DNA from: Desulfobacterales bacterium
Lineage (GTDB): Bacteria > Desulfobacterota > Desulfobacteria > Desulfobacterales > SKZT01
NCBI GenBank assembly: GCA_018399715.1
Contig: JAGYNR010000003.1
Coordinates: forward strand, 831 to 64,830
Length of the DNA stretch: 64,000 nt
Direction of reading: 5' to 3'
The notes under the pieces were generated by a model that made no database searches, had not been told where the DNA came from, and saw nothing but the letters and a program-made list of their open reading frames with translations. The first letter of the stretch is position 1, and the number at the start of each line of letters is the position of its first letter. This document shows, piece by piece, positions 56,360 to 64,000 of this stretch. The position numbers and the translations under genes are program-made.

Positions 56360-57158
56360 CAGGGCAATCGCATGAAAAATTGCTGAACAAGCGGTTTCAA
56401 GATATCTTACCCTACTTTGATAACAATTTTTAACGTTTTCAAAGTAGGTTGCCAATGCCCGAAAAGAAAGATGCTACAATCGAATCCCATTTTCCGTCGT
56501 TGACGGATTCTCCCCAAAGAGGCAAAGTGCGCTACAAACTGACAGACATTATGGTCATTGTAATATGCGCTGTGATAAGCGGATCGCAGACTATGTCCTT
56601 GCAGTAAAAGGCAATCAAGGAAACCTATACGAGGACATAAAGCTGTTTTTTGAAGACGCGCAGAGTTCGAATTTTCTCGACATATCCCACAAATACTACG
56701 AGGAAGTGGATGGAGGTCATGGAAGAGTGGATATAAGGAGATATTGGACGGTTGCCGACATCGATTGGCTCGAAGAGGGAGGCAGATGGAAAAAACTCCA
56801 TTATCGGGATAGCTCAAACGGAAACACATAAGGGAGAATATATCACTGTGGACAACAGATAATTCATTACGTCCATGTCATACAATGCCGATCAATTTGC
56901 CAACCCCGTGAGGTCTCATTGTGGCATTGAAAATTCGTGTCATTAGATTCTCGACATAGCCTTCAGAGAGGACGATTGCAGAAAAAGAAAAGGCAACTCT
57001 GCCGGAAACTTTTCCAAGGTCAGAGGAATTGCATTGAACCTACTGAAGAACGATACGACAATAAAGAAAGGCGTGAACGCCAAACGAAAAGCCGCCGGAT
57101 GGGATAACGATTATCTCGTCAGCCTGCTGTCTCGCTAAAATTTTATGCGATTGCCCTG
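56360..57158 (+). mobile_element. Decayed ISAs1-family (H-repeat) insertion sequence with internal deletion
   Basis: Terminal inverted repeats cagggcaatcgcatgaaaaat (56360-56380) / aaaattttatgcgattgccctg (57137-57158). N-terminal transposase fragment 56455-56607 (KLTDIMVIVICAVISG). C-terminal fragments DYVLAVKGNQ...GHGRVDIRRYW. Later segments are broken by stops. Confidence 0.7.
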
Positions 57159-57251
57159 TAATTTAATGAGATTGACCTGACCATAGTCAAACGATAAACT
57201 ATGTGTGGAGACTATTTTACAGTATTATGCTTCATAGACCAGTTCCGGTAT

Positions 57252-58268
57252 CTATTTTTTAAAAACATCGTGCTGGCACAAGATATTACAAAGAGCCCGG
57301 GTAAAAGGTTTTGTGTCTTTGAAATCAAGATGAGACGTGTCAGGACAATCAAAATTGTCCAAAACCGGAAAATCTTTGAAATGGATAGCCTTTACTCCGG
57401 TTTTTTGCACAAAACGATCCCAGTATAATGTTCTTGGATAAAATTTTTCATCCATTTCCCAATGCGCTTTTTTTGTCGGCAACCGTAAAAAGATCACCTT
57501 TCCGCCCCGGTTTTCAATTTGCCGTACCCATGAATAAACATCAACAACCTCATGAATCCATTCGTTGGGAGGTAACGGTGTATTATCCTTTTCATAGTAT
57601 TGGGCAAGACGTTCCAGTCGTTTCTGTTTATGTTTATTGATATTCAGTTTACTGTAATCTGCTTCTTTTCTTCGGTCAGAATATGTAATTAAGTAACGGG
57701 GAGATGGTAATTTTTTGATCTTTAAATATCGCAGCAAAACCGGTTTTATCATGACATGGGGGTCCGAAATGACCAGATGTGCCTGAACCATGGTGCTCAT
57801 GAATCTGTTTAAAGAATCACTCCATGAAAAATCCGAATGATAATAGTCTATAAATTCCTGTTGATGGTCCCAGTTTCGTTTTTCCAGACCGGAGGCAATG
57901 ACCGAAAACAATACAATACCTTTAAAACCAGAATCTTTGGCCAGATCCTGAAGAACCGCCGGTGGATGGGTGCCGTCAATACCCAACTGAACAATGGTGT
58001 AAGCAGGCAGCAAGTTTTTCATCTCCGGAAGTGAAATGTTTAAAAGTATTCTCGAAGCCCCTGAAAGGACGATGATATGTTTAGAATTTTTTGTCAGACG
58101 GTTTCTATGATAAGCCCATAGATCTTTGTCATCGATAACACAAGGGATATGCCCTTGCATCCGCCATGTTATTTCCAGCGCCGTAAGTCCGGCCAGAGCC
58201 AGGATAATTCCCGCTACCAGGCTGAGCTTCCATGAACAGTAATCAGAATTGAAAATAGATAAATGCAC
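57252..58268 (-). CDS. Bitopic periplasmic protein, AlgJ/AlgX/DltD-like O-acyltransferase partner (tentative)
   Basis: N-terminal TM (LSLVAGIILALAGLTAL). DTSHLD near the C-terminus resembles the D-x-x-H signature. Immediately downstream of the MBOAT gene. Start uncertain (GTG 58268 proposed). Confidence 0.4.
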   Translation of the reverse strand: MHLSIFNSDYCSWKLSLVAGIILALAGLTALEITWRMQGHIPCVIDDKDLWAYHRNRLTKNSKHIIVLSGASRILLNISLPEMKNLLPAYTIVQLGIDGTHPPAVLQDLAKDSGFKGIVLFSVIASGLEKRNWDHQQEFIDYYHSDFSWSDSLNRFMSTMVQAHLVISDPHVMIKPVLLRYLKIKKLPSPRYLITYSDRRKEADYSKLNINKHKQKRLERLAQYYEKDNTPLPPNEWIHEVVDVYSWVRQIENRGGKVIFLRLPTKKAHWEMDEKFYPRTLYWDRFVQKTGVKAIHFKDFPVLDNFDCPDTSHLDFKDTKPFTRALCNILCQHDVFKK

Positions 58269-59667
58269 GATCTTCTCCTGAAAAAGTTGCCATGGCGACC
58301 AGCATGATTCCGATTCCGATTGATCGTATCCACCAGGGCGCATTTTCCGAAACCTCTTTCAGTGACCGGTTTCTCAGAAGCCAGTGGATGAATATCATAA
58401 TGCTGATAACACTGATAGTGATAACTCTATCAGTTGTTATCAGGATCGATTCATTGACAGGGAGCCGGAACCCGAACATAGCCTGAAGCATCGCTGCCGC
58501 CTGGTCTATGGAATGAGCCCGAAAAAAGGTCCATGATATACAAACGCCTGCGAAAGTAAGTATCCCGGCAGCAGATGTAAGAAACAACCCAGACTGATAA
58601 TCGGTTGGTATACACCGTCTGATCAGGTGTTCCGCCAGTATTAAAAAGGCATGTACACCTCCCCAAATGACAAACGTCCATGAAGCACCATGCCATAGAC
58701 CTCCCAATAACATGGTAATCATTACATTAAAACAAGTTCTGGCCATTCCCCTTCGATTGCCTCCCAGGGACACATAAAGATAATCTCTGAGCCAAAAGGA
58801 GAGGGAAATATGCCAACGCCGCCAGAAATCACGAAATCCAAGGGATGCATAAGGATATCGAAAATTTTCCGGAAGATCAAATCCCAGGCATTTGGCGGCT
58901 CCGATGGCACATGTAGAATATCCGGCAAAATCACAGAATATCTGACCTGTAAAGGCTAATGTGCCACACCAGGCATCAACTAAGCCTGGATAGGATTCCA
59001 CAGCATAAACTGTATCGGCTACGGGTGCCAGTAATCCATCGGCCACCACGATTTTTTCAAAAAGGCCTAAAATGATAAGACTGATCCCCCAGGCTATTTG
59101 ATCACCGGATACCCTTTTGGGTGCCAGACATTGGGGAAGAAAGGAAAAAGCTCTGACAATAGGTCCTGCCACCAGTTGGGGGAAAAAGGAAACATACAGT
59201 GCGTAATCTAAAAGAGAATGCCATGGTTTTCCCTTTCCACGATAAATGTCGATGGTATAGGACAGTGTTTGAAACGTGTAAAACGAAATACCTACCGGAA
59301 GGATAATATCCGGAATAGCCGGGGTGAATGTTATTCCGATTTTATCAACAACATAAATGAAATTATGCAGCAGGAAATTAGAATACTTGAAAAATCCTAA
59401 GAACCCAAGATTTATCAAAAGGCTGATCAGTAGAAAATGTCTTTTTGTTGACAGATAATGGCGGTGTTGGAATATTTTTTTGGCCGTCCACCAATCGACG
59501 GCAGTGGAGATGCCCAGTAAAAAAACAAAAGGGGGATTCCAGGCAGAATAAAAAATATAGCTTGAAAAAAGCAGGATATATTTTTTTTTTGACCAGTTAA
59601 TTGGTAATTGGTAGGTGGTGAATACGGCGATAAAAAAGAGAATAAAGGTGTAAGAGTTAAATAGCAT
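58243..59667 (-). CDS. MBOAT-family membrane O-acyltransferase (AlgI/DltB-like)
   Basis: FWRRWHISLSFWLRDYLYVSLGGNR and LLGGLWHGASW (conserved His). About 10 TM segments, 474 aa. Confidence 0.9.
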   Translation of the reverse strand: MLFNSYTFILFFIAVFTTYQLPINWSKKKYILLFSSYIFYSAWNPPFVFLLGISTAVDWWTAKKIFQHRHYLSTKRHFLLISLLINLGFLGFFKYSNFLLHNFIYVVDKIGITFTPAIPDIILPVGISFYTFQTLSYTIDIYRGKGKPWHSLLDYALYVSFFPQLVAGPIVRAFSFLPQCLAPKRVSGDQIAWGISLIILGLFEKIVVADGLLAPVADTVYAVESYPGLVDAWCGTLAFTGQIFCDFAGYSTCAIGAAKCLGFDLPENFRYPYASLGFRDFWRRWHISLSFWLRDYLYVSLGGNRRGMARTCFNVMITMLLGGLWHGASWTFVIWGGVHAFLILAEHLIRRCIPTDYQSGLFLTSAAGILTFAGVCISWTFFRAHSIDQAAAMLQAMFGFRLPVNESILITTDRVITISVISIMIFIHWLLRNRSLKEVSENAPWWIRSIGIGIMLVAMATFSGEDRAFIYFQF

Positions 59668-59709
59668 TCAGCTGAACCTTAGAATCACTTTTTAAGGAAA
59701 AGGCAACAT

Positions 59710-60131
59710 CTGGGGTGATGAAAATAGCTCGAAATTGGCCTGAAAATTCATCTAAATTTTTGTTCTGCTGAAAGGTTTCAGATTTCAGCATGGGTGCCAC
59801 GGGCCAAGGCGTTAGCCTTGCCCGTGTGTGCCCTACAGATAGAAGCTCCACACGGGCAAGCGTCGCTTCGCCCGTGGCACCCTATAACCTAAACTTAAGT
59901 GTTAAAAATTCGGATAAGTCTACAAGTATTGAGATTATTCCGTAGTCAATTGAATTTGTTCATTTTTCGGGAAAATGGAAAAATATCGGCATACCTTTCA
60001 TTTTCAAGGCATTAACGCCGTTCTAAATAGAAATCTCAACACTTGTAGACCTATGTGTAAAAATTTTAAATCCTGGAATAAAACTGCTATGAAAACTCAA
60101 AGCAATTTTGGGATAATTTTCATCACCCCAG
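59710..60131. mobile_element. 422-bp MITE-like non-coding element
   Basis: Perfect 16-bp terminal inverted repeats ctggggtgatgaaaat / attttcatcaccccag, flanked directly by gcaacat and ccaacat (6/7 identical direct repeat). No credible ORF inside. Confidence 0.5.
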
Positions 60132-60170
60132 CCAACATCTGTACAACTTTTAAAACTTGATCATCGAGTA

Positions 60171-60215
60171 TAAAAAAACTCCTCTACCTGATTTAACCTA
60201 GCAGAGGAGTTTGTA
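60171..60215 (-). terminator. Rho-independent terminator of the BI-1 gene
   Basis: Stem actcctct (60178-60185) / agaggagt (60203-60210). On the minus strand it is followed by a U-tract (plus-strand A-run 60172-60177). Confidence 0.65.
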
Positions 60216-60238
60216 AATTGAAATGACTGTGTGATGGT

Positions 60239-60943
60239 TTAATCTCTGCTGATACCCAAAATGTGTAACAAAAACAGAAACATGTTAATGAAATCAAGAT
60301 AAAGGGATAAAGCGCCCAAAATTGTGCCTTTCCGGATCACACCGGCATCGAGACCATCTGGCTGTGTCAATGCCATGGTCTTCAGGCGCTGGGTATCATA
60401 TGCGGTCAACCCGACAAAGATAAATACGCCGATATAGCTGACAATTGCAGCTACAGCAGCACTGTGGATAAAAATATTGACAACGGATGCAATGATAATT
60501 CCGATCAGGCCCATAAACAGAAAACTGCCCCAGGATGTAAGATCCCTTTTGGTTGTCATACCGTAAATACTGCAGGCAATGAAAGTACCCGCACAAACAA
60601 AAAAGGTGGATGCGATCGATGCCGCAGTATAGGCTAAAAAGACGGCAGACAACGTGGCGCCGTTTAAGGCAGAATATAAAATAAAAAGACCCGTTGCTGT
60701 GGACGCCTGCATTTTGTGTACTCTGGCACTCAGCGTAAAAACCAGGGCAAGTTCACCGATAATAAGCCCGAAAAACAATAACTGGTTTCCAAAAATAAGT
60801 CCTTTAAGGGTAGGACTGTTGGCCACAACAAACGCCACAAGACCGGTTAGACCTAAACCGAAGGCCATCCAGTTATAAACGCCCTGGATAAACTGGTTGA
60901 CTCTGACTTGGGTTTGTGTGTCTCTTAACGGAATGGACTGCAT
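60239..60943 (-). CDS. Bax inhibitor-1/YccA-family membrane protein
   Basis: Seven TM helices. N-terminus QFIQGVYNWMAFGLGLTGLVAF. Family-typical 234-aa length. Confidence 0.85.
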   Translation of the reverse strand: MQSIPLRDTQTQVRVNQFIQGVYNWMAFGLGLTGLVAFVVANSPTLKGLIFGNQLLFFGLIIGELALVFTLSARVHKMQASTATGLFILYSALNGATLSAVFLAYTAASIASTFFVCAGTFIACSIYGMTTKRDLTSWGSFLFMGLIGIIIASVVNIFIHSAAVAAIVSYIGVFIFVGLTAYDTQRLKTMALTQPDGLDAGVIRKGTILGALSLYLDFINMFLFLLHILGISRD

Positions 60944-61137
60944 ACTCTTTTACCTCCGGTTGAAAATGTTAGATAGAAACATAAAAAATCGATTCGATTT
61001 TATTTTTTCAAAAACCATCACCCTTGTTATTGAAAGTTTTAAAATTTGATATAATAATAACACATTAACCGAATAATTCAAGCCTAATGAAATTGAGATG
61101 TAACAGAATTTATTGATATCAGAATTTGGAAGAATCA

Positions 61138-61422
61138 ATGAAACCGGAGCAGATGTATCAGCAACTAAAAGAAGCCGCTGAAAAATTGGAAATTGAAGTA
61201 TTGGAACATAGTTTTCGCGGAGCAGGAATTGCGGTCAGAAGCGGACCTTGTAAGGTAAAAGGAAAGGATGTTTTTATTATGGATAAAAACCTTTCACTCC
61301 GAAAAAAAATACGCATATTAAGTGAGTGTTTATGTGAAATGCACCATGAAAATCTTTATCTGGTTCCGGCTGTCCGGGATTTATTCAGTGAAATGATCCA
61401 TGACAAAGACAAAAATGTTTAA
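61138..61422 (+). CDS. Small hypothetical protein
   Basis: 94-aa ORF from ATG 61138. No motif recognised. Confidence 0.4.
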   Translation: MKPEQMYQQLKEAAEKLEIEVLEHSFRGAGIAVRSGPCKVKGKDVFIMDKNLSLRKKIRILSECLCEMHHENLYLVPAVRDLFSEMIHDKDKNV

Positions 61423-61474
61423 TGAATCTTTCAACAAGGTCAAGATGAGAATTGCCGGTACTGTTTAGTTCTTT

Positions 61475-61503
61475 TTGACAAAAAAAAAATTATATTCTAA
61501 TAA
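61475..61503 (+). promoter_or_regulatory. Candidate sigma-70 promoter
   Basis: TTGACA (61475-61480), 17 nt, TAATAA (61498-61503). Confidence 0.3.
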
Positions 61504-61561
61504 TAATCATTTATTATAAAATGATTCATTTTGGTGGAACTACAAATGAGATAGGATTGGG

Positions 61562-61915
61562 ATGAAGCTGTCTGAGATTAAAGACATTTTAAGTGCAACG
61601 ATTTTATTCGGGGAAGATCAGTTGGATACAGATATTTTTGCAGGCGGCGCTGCGGATCTGATGGATGATGTCCTTCAGGCAACGGCTAAGGGGGCGGTTC
61701 TTTTAACCGGCCAGACTTCAGTGGACGTGCTTCGGATATGTACCATAATGGATATCGGGGCTGTGGTTTTTGTCCGGGGAAAAAAACCGGATGAAGATGT
61801 TCTTGATCTGGCACGATCCTATAACATTCCGGTTTTATCCACCAATCGATCTCTTTTTGTTTCCTGCGGAAGACTTTACATGAATGGATTAAGGGGACTT
61901 GATGGCTACTGGTAG
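61562..61915 (+). CDS. DRTGG-domain protein
   Basis: LLTGQTSVDVLRICTIMDIGAVVFVRGKKPDEDVLDLARSYNIPVLST matches the DRTGG domain layout. Confidence 0.65.
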   Translation: MKLSEIKDILSATILFGEDQLDTDIFAGGAADLMDDVLQATAKGAVLLTGQTSVDVLRICTIMDIGAVVFVRGKKPDEDVLDLARSYNIPVLSTNRSLFVSCGRLYMNGLRGLDGYW

Positions 61916-61939
61916 CTGTTTTTTTCTTTTTTTGTCTTC

Positions 61940-63622
61940 CTACGAATCTGATTCATAAACCGCATAAGCTGGATGATACATTTGATTCTGAATATAGCTT
62001 AAAATATCATCCGGTACCGGCACAGTGGCTAATCCTTCCTTATAAGCAACACGGCATACAGCGGTGGCAATACTTTCAGTAATCTGACGGATTCGTTTTA
62101 AACCCGGATATACGGTTCCCTGATGTAAATCCGTATCGGTTACCCGCTTTGCGAGTGTCCTGGCTGCAGTGTAAAACATGGAATCGGTAACTTTCTTTGC
62201 GCCGCAGGCAACAAGGCCAAGCCCCACTCCCGGAAAAATAAACATATTGTTACCCTGACCGGGAACATACATTTGCCCTTTATGTTCCACCGGCTCAAAG
62301 GGACTGCCGGAAGCAAAAACAGCTTTGCCATCAGTCCATGTATATGCCTGGCGGGCCGTGCATTCAGCCTTGCTGGTCGGGTTGGAGAGAGCAAAGATAA
62401 TGGGGCGTTTCACATGGCGGGCCATTTCTTTTATCACTGTTTCTGTAAATGAATTGGCTTGACCGCTGAGTCCCATTAATACAGTAGGTTTTACTTTCCT
62501 GATAACTTCCGTTAAGGTGGGAATAAATTCCATATCCCGGGCATAAGGGATCTTGTGAGCCTTTAGCGTGTCACCTCTTCGGGTGGTTATCAGCCCCTTT
62601 GAATCCAGAAACCAGAGCTGTTTCCGGGCTTCTTCCGGACGGATGCCGCTTTCCTCAACAATACCCGCTACGATCATATTGGCGATACCCACAGCAGCCG
62701 TTCCCGCACCTAAGAAAACAATTTTTTGGTCTTCCAGCTTTCCCCCCGCAATTCGCAAGGCACCTAATAACCCCGCTAATGCAACGGCACCGGTGCCCTG
62801 GATATCATCATTAAAACAAAGCATCTGATGCCGATATTTTTCAAGAAGATAAAAGGCATGGTCGTTGGTGAAGTCCTCGAATTGAATAAGCGCTCCGGGC
62901 CAACGATCCTGTACCCCCTCAACAAATTCATCCATCAATTCATTATATTTTTCGCCGGTTAACCGTGTTTTGTTAATCCCAAGATAAAGCGGATCATTGA
63001 GTAAATCCTGATTGTTGGTTCCCACATCTATTAAAACCGGCAAGGTCCGGTTTGGATATATTCCCCCGGCAGCTACATATAACGACAGTTTTCCTACCGG
63101 AATTCCCATGCCATTGGCACCTAAGTCTCCTAATCCCAGGATGCGGCTACCGTCGGTTACGACAATGACACTGATCTCATTTTCCGGCCAGTTATCCATC
63201 ATTTTACGAAACATCCCTTTATCTTCTACGGAAAAATACATTCCACGGGTCCTCCGGTATAATGCGCCGAATTTCTGACAAGCCAATCCTACTGTAGGGG
63301 TATAAATAACCGGGGTCATCTCTTCAAGATTTTCCAGTAAAACACGATAAAACAGGCATTCATTACGCCCATGAAGTGCGGAAAGGAAAACAAATTTTTC
63401 CAGCGGATCGGTTTTTCGGTAATAGTTTCCCATCACCCGTTGCACCTGGGTTTCGATAGTGGTGCATCTGGGGGGCACTAACCCTCTGAGACCAAACTGA
63501 TCACGTTCGTTATAGGGGAAGGCGGTTCCTTTATTCAGCCGCGGATCATTGATAACATCCAGACCCCGCTTGGTAACCTGCTTTTTTGATTGAATAGTTG
63601 TATCATATTTTGTTATGGTCAT
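61940..63622 (-). CDS. maeA: NAD(P)-dependent malic enzyme (oxaloacetate-decarboxylating)
   Basis: VYTPTVG, ITDGSRILGLGDLG, FNDDIQGTGAVALAGLL, FLGAGTAAVGIA, ALSNPTSKAEC blocks. 560 aa. Confidence 0.95.
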   Translation of the reverse strand: MTITKYDTTIQSKKQVTKRGLDVINDPRLNKGTAFPYNERDQFGLRGLVPPRCTTIETQVQRVMGNYYRKTDPLEKFVFLSALHGRNECLFYRVLLENLEEMTPVIYTPTVGLACQKFGALYRRTRGMYFSVEDKGMFRKMMDNWPENEISVIVVTDGSRILGLGDLGANGMGIPVGKLSLYVAAGGIYPNRTLPVLIDVGTNNQDLLNDPLYLGINKTRLTGEKYNELMDEFVEGVQDRWPGALIQFEDFTNDHAFYLLEKYRHQMLCFNDDIQGTGAVALAGLLGALRIAGGKLEDQKIVFLGAGTAAVGIANMIVAGIVEESGIRPEEARKQLWFLDSKGLITTRRGDTLKAHKIPYARDMEFIPTLTEVIRKVKPTVLMGLSGQANSFTETVIKEMARHVKRPIIFALSNPTSKAECTARQAYTWTDGKAVFASGSPFEPVEHKGQMYVPGQGNNMFIFPGVGLGLVACGAKKVTDSMFYTAARTLAKRVTDTDLHQGTVYPGLKRIRQITESIATAVCRVAYKEGLATVPVPDDILSYIQNQMYHPAYAVYESDS

Positions 63623-63665
63623 TTTACAAGAAAATCCTTTTTCAGCTCTTTTGCGTTCGTAGCTG

Positions 63666-64000
63666 TTAACGGGTAATGGGAATGCGGATTGTCATACAGG
63701 TACCCCGGCCTTTTTGAGAGCTTGCTGAAATTTTACCACCATGCTGTTTTACAATTTTTTGAGTAATAAAAAGACCGAGGCCGGTACCTTGTTTGCCCTT
63801 AGCGGAAAAGAAAATATCAAATATTTTCTCAGATGTTTCCGGGGCTATGCCGATGCCGTTATCTATAATTTCAAATAAAATTTGATCTTTTTGTTTTTTG
63901 ACCGCAAATTTCACGTGGTGAGAGGCTTTTGATTTATCTTCAGTGCAGGCATCGGCGGCGTTGTCGAGGACATTGATCAGGGCGGAATGAAGTAATCGGG
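63666..64000 (-). CDS. Histidine kinase, C-terminal HATPase_c part (gene continues beyond window end)
   Basis: N-box LINVLDNAADA, G1 DNGIGI, G2 GTGLGL. The reading frame stays open upstream of the track's GTG to the window edge. Confidence 0.8.
   Translation of the reverse strand, partial: RLLHSALINVLDNAADACTEDKSKASHHVKFAVKKQKDQILFEIIDNGIGIAPETSEKIFDIFFSAKGKQGTGLGLFITQKIVKQHGGKISASSQKGRGTCMTIRIPITR

Noticed and set aside
59792-59882. Cloverleaf-like palindrome considered as a tRNA or tRNA-like gene.
   Set aside because: The closing stem is 13 bp rather than 7. There is no GTTCRANYC T-loop or D-loop signature and no plausible anticodon arm geometry. A second tRNA-like fragment (cctggttcgatttaaccagg, 28608-28627) has a 6- or 10-nt loop and no surrounding cloverleaf.
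59975-60160. 61-aa ORF inside the repeat-rich spacer.
   Set aside because: It lies within the MITE-like element and repeat copy C, has no RBS, and its product is low-complexity.
63895-63905. Possible inconsistency in the printed sequence. By my count the listing holds 64001 characters. The track translation of 63666-63914 (…AVKKQKDQ…) requires a single G where the listing shows GG across the 63900/63901 line break.
   Set aside because: This is a formatting or data issue, not biology. It affects only coordinates at or beyond about 63900, by 1 nt. Every other position I checked agreed with the track: 119, 12622, 23413, 32499, 38038, 40648, 42071 and 46589.

Overview
Chromosomal window, moderately AT-rich by eye. 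The gene content looks like a Desulfobacterota (deltaproteobacterial) genome, but the taxon is inference only. About 55 real protein genes, no rRNA, tRNA or CRISPR array found.

Layout:
(1) 0.1-2.8 kb: corA, rhodanese plus a MauE/DoxX membrane protein.
(2) 2.8-11.1 kb: fucose-type glycan locus (GT2, AsnB-like amidotransferase, GT4, GT2, GT4, fcl, gmd). It runs on the same strand, with only a 23-nt gap, into block 3.
(3) 11.1-22.2 kb: complete type II secretion system, gspE-F-G-H-I-J-K-L-M-(C/PilP-like)-D.
(4) 22.5-28.3 kb: periplasmic binding-protein-like sensor, HAMP histidine kinase, sigma-54 response regulator, TonB-dependent receptor.
(5) 28.7-41.6 kb: the most unusual part. This island holds six signal-peptide proteins plus one 12-TM/TPR (GT-C-like) membrane protein. 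Three of the secreted proteins share nine copies of a ~100-aa module I cannot name. Two genes carry in-frame TGA codons. One of these is followed by a hairpin whose GGUCUG loop sits at the same offset as in the E. coli fdhF SECIS, so it is a candidate secreted selenoprotein built on a catalytically dead 5'-nucleotidase fold.
(6) 42-59.7 kb: ABC-transporter-dependent (Wzm/Wzt) glycan locus. It has a 1132-aa methyltransferase/coiled-coil/GT2/GT4 protein (WsaE/WbdD-like logic), a decayed ISAs1 (H-repeat) element and an MBOAT O-acylation pair.
(7) 60-64 kb: BI-1/YccA, a DRTGG protein, NAD(P) malic enzyme and a partial histidine kinase.

Non-coding DNA contains a family of palindromic intergenic repeats (3 loci), a 422-bp MITE-like element and polypurine 7-8 bp tandem arrays. 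All functional calls come from motifs read by eye; no database search was possible.
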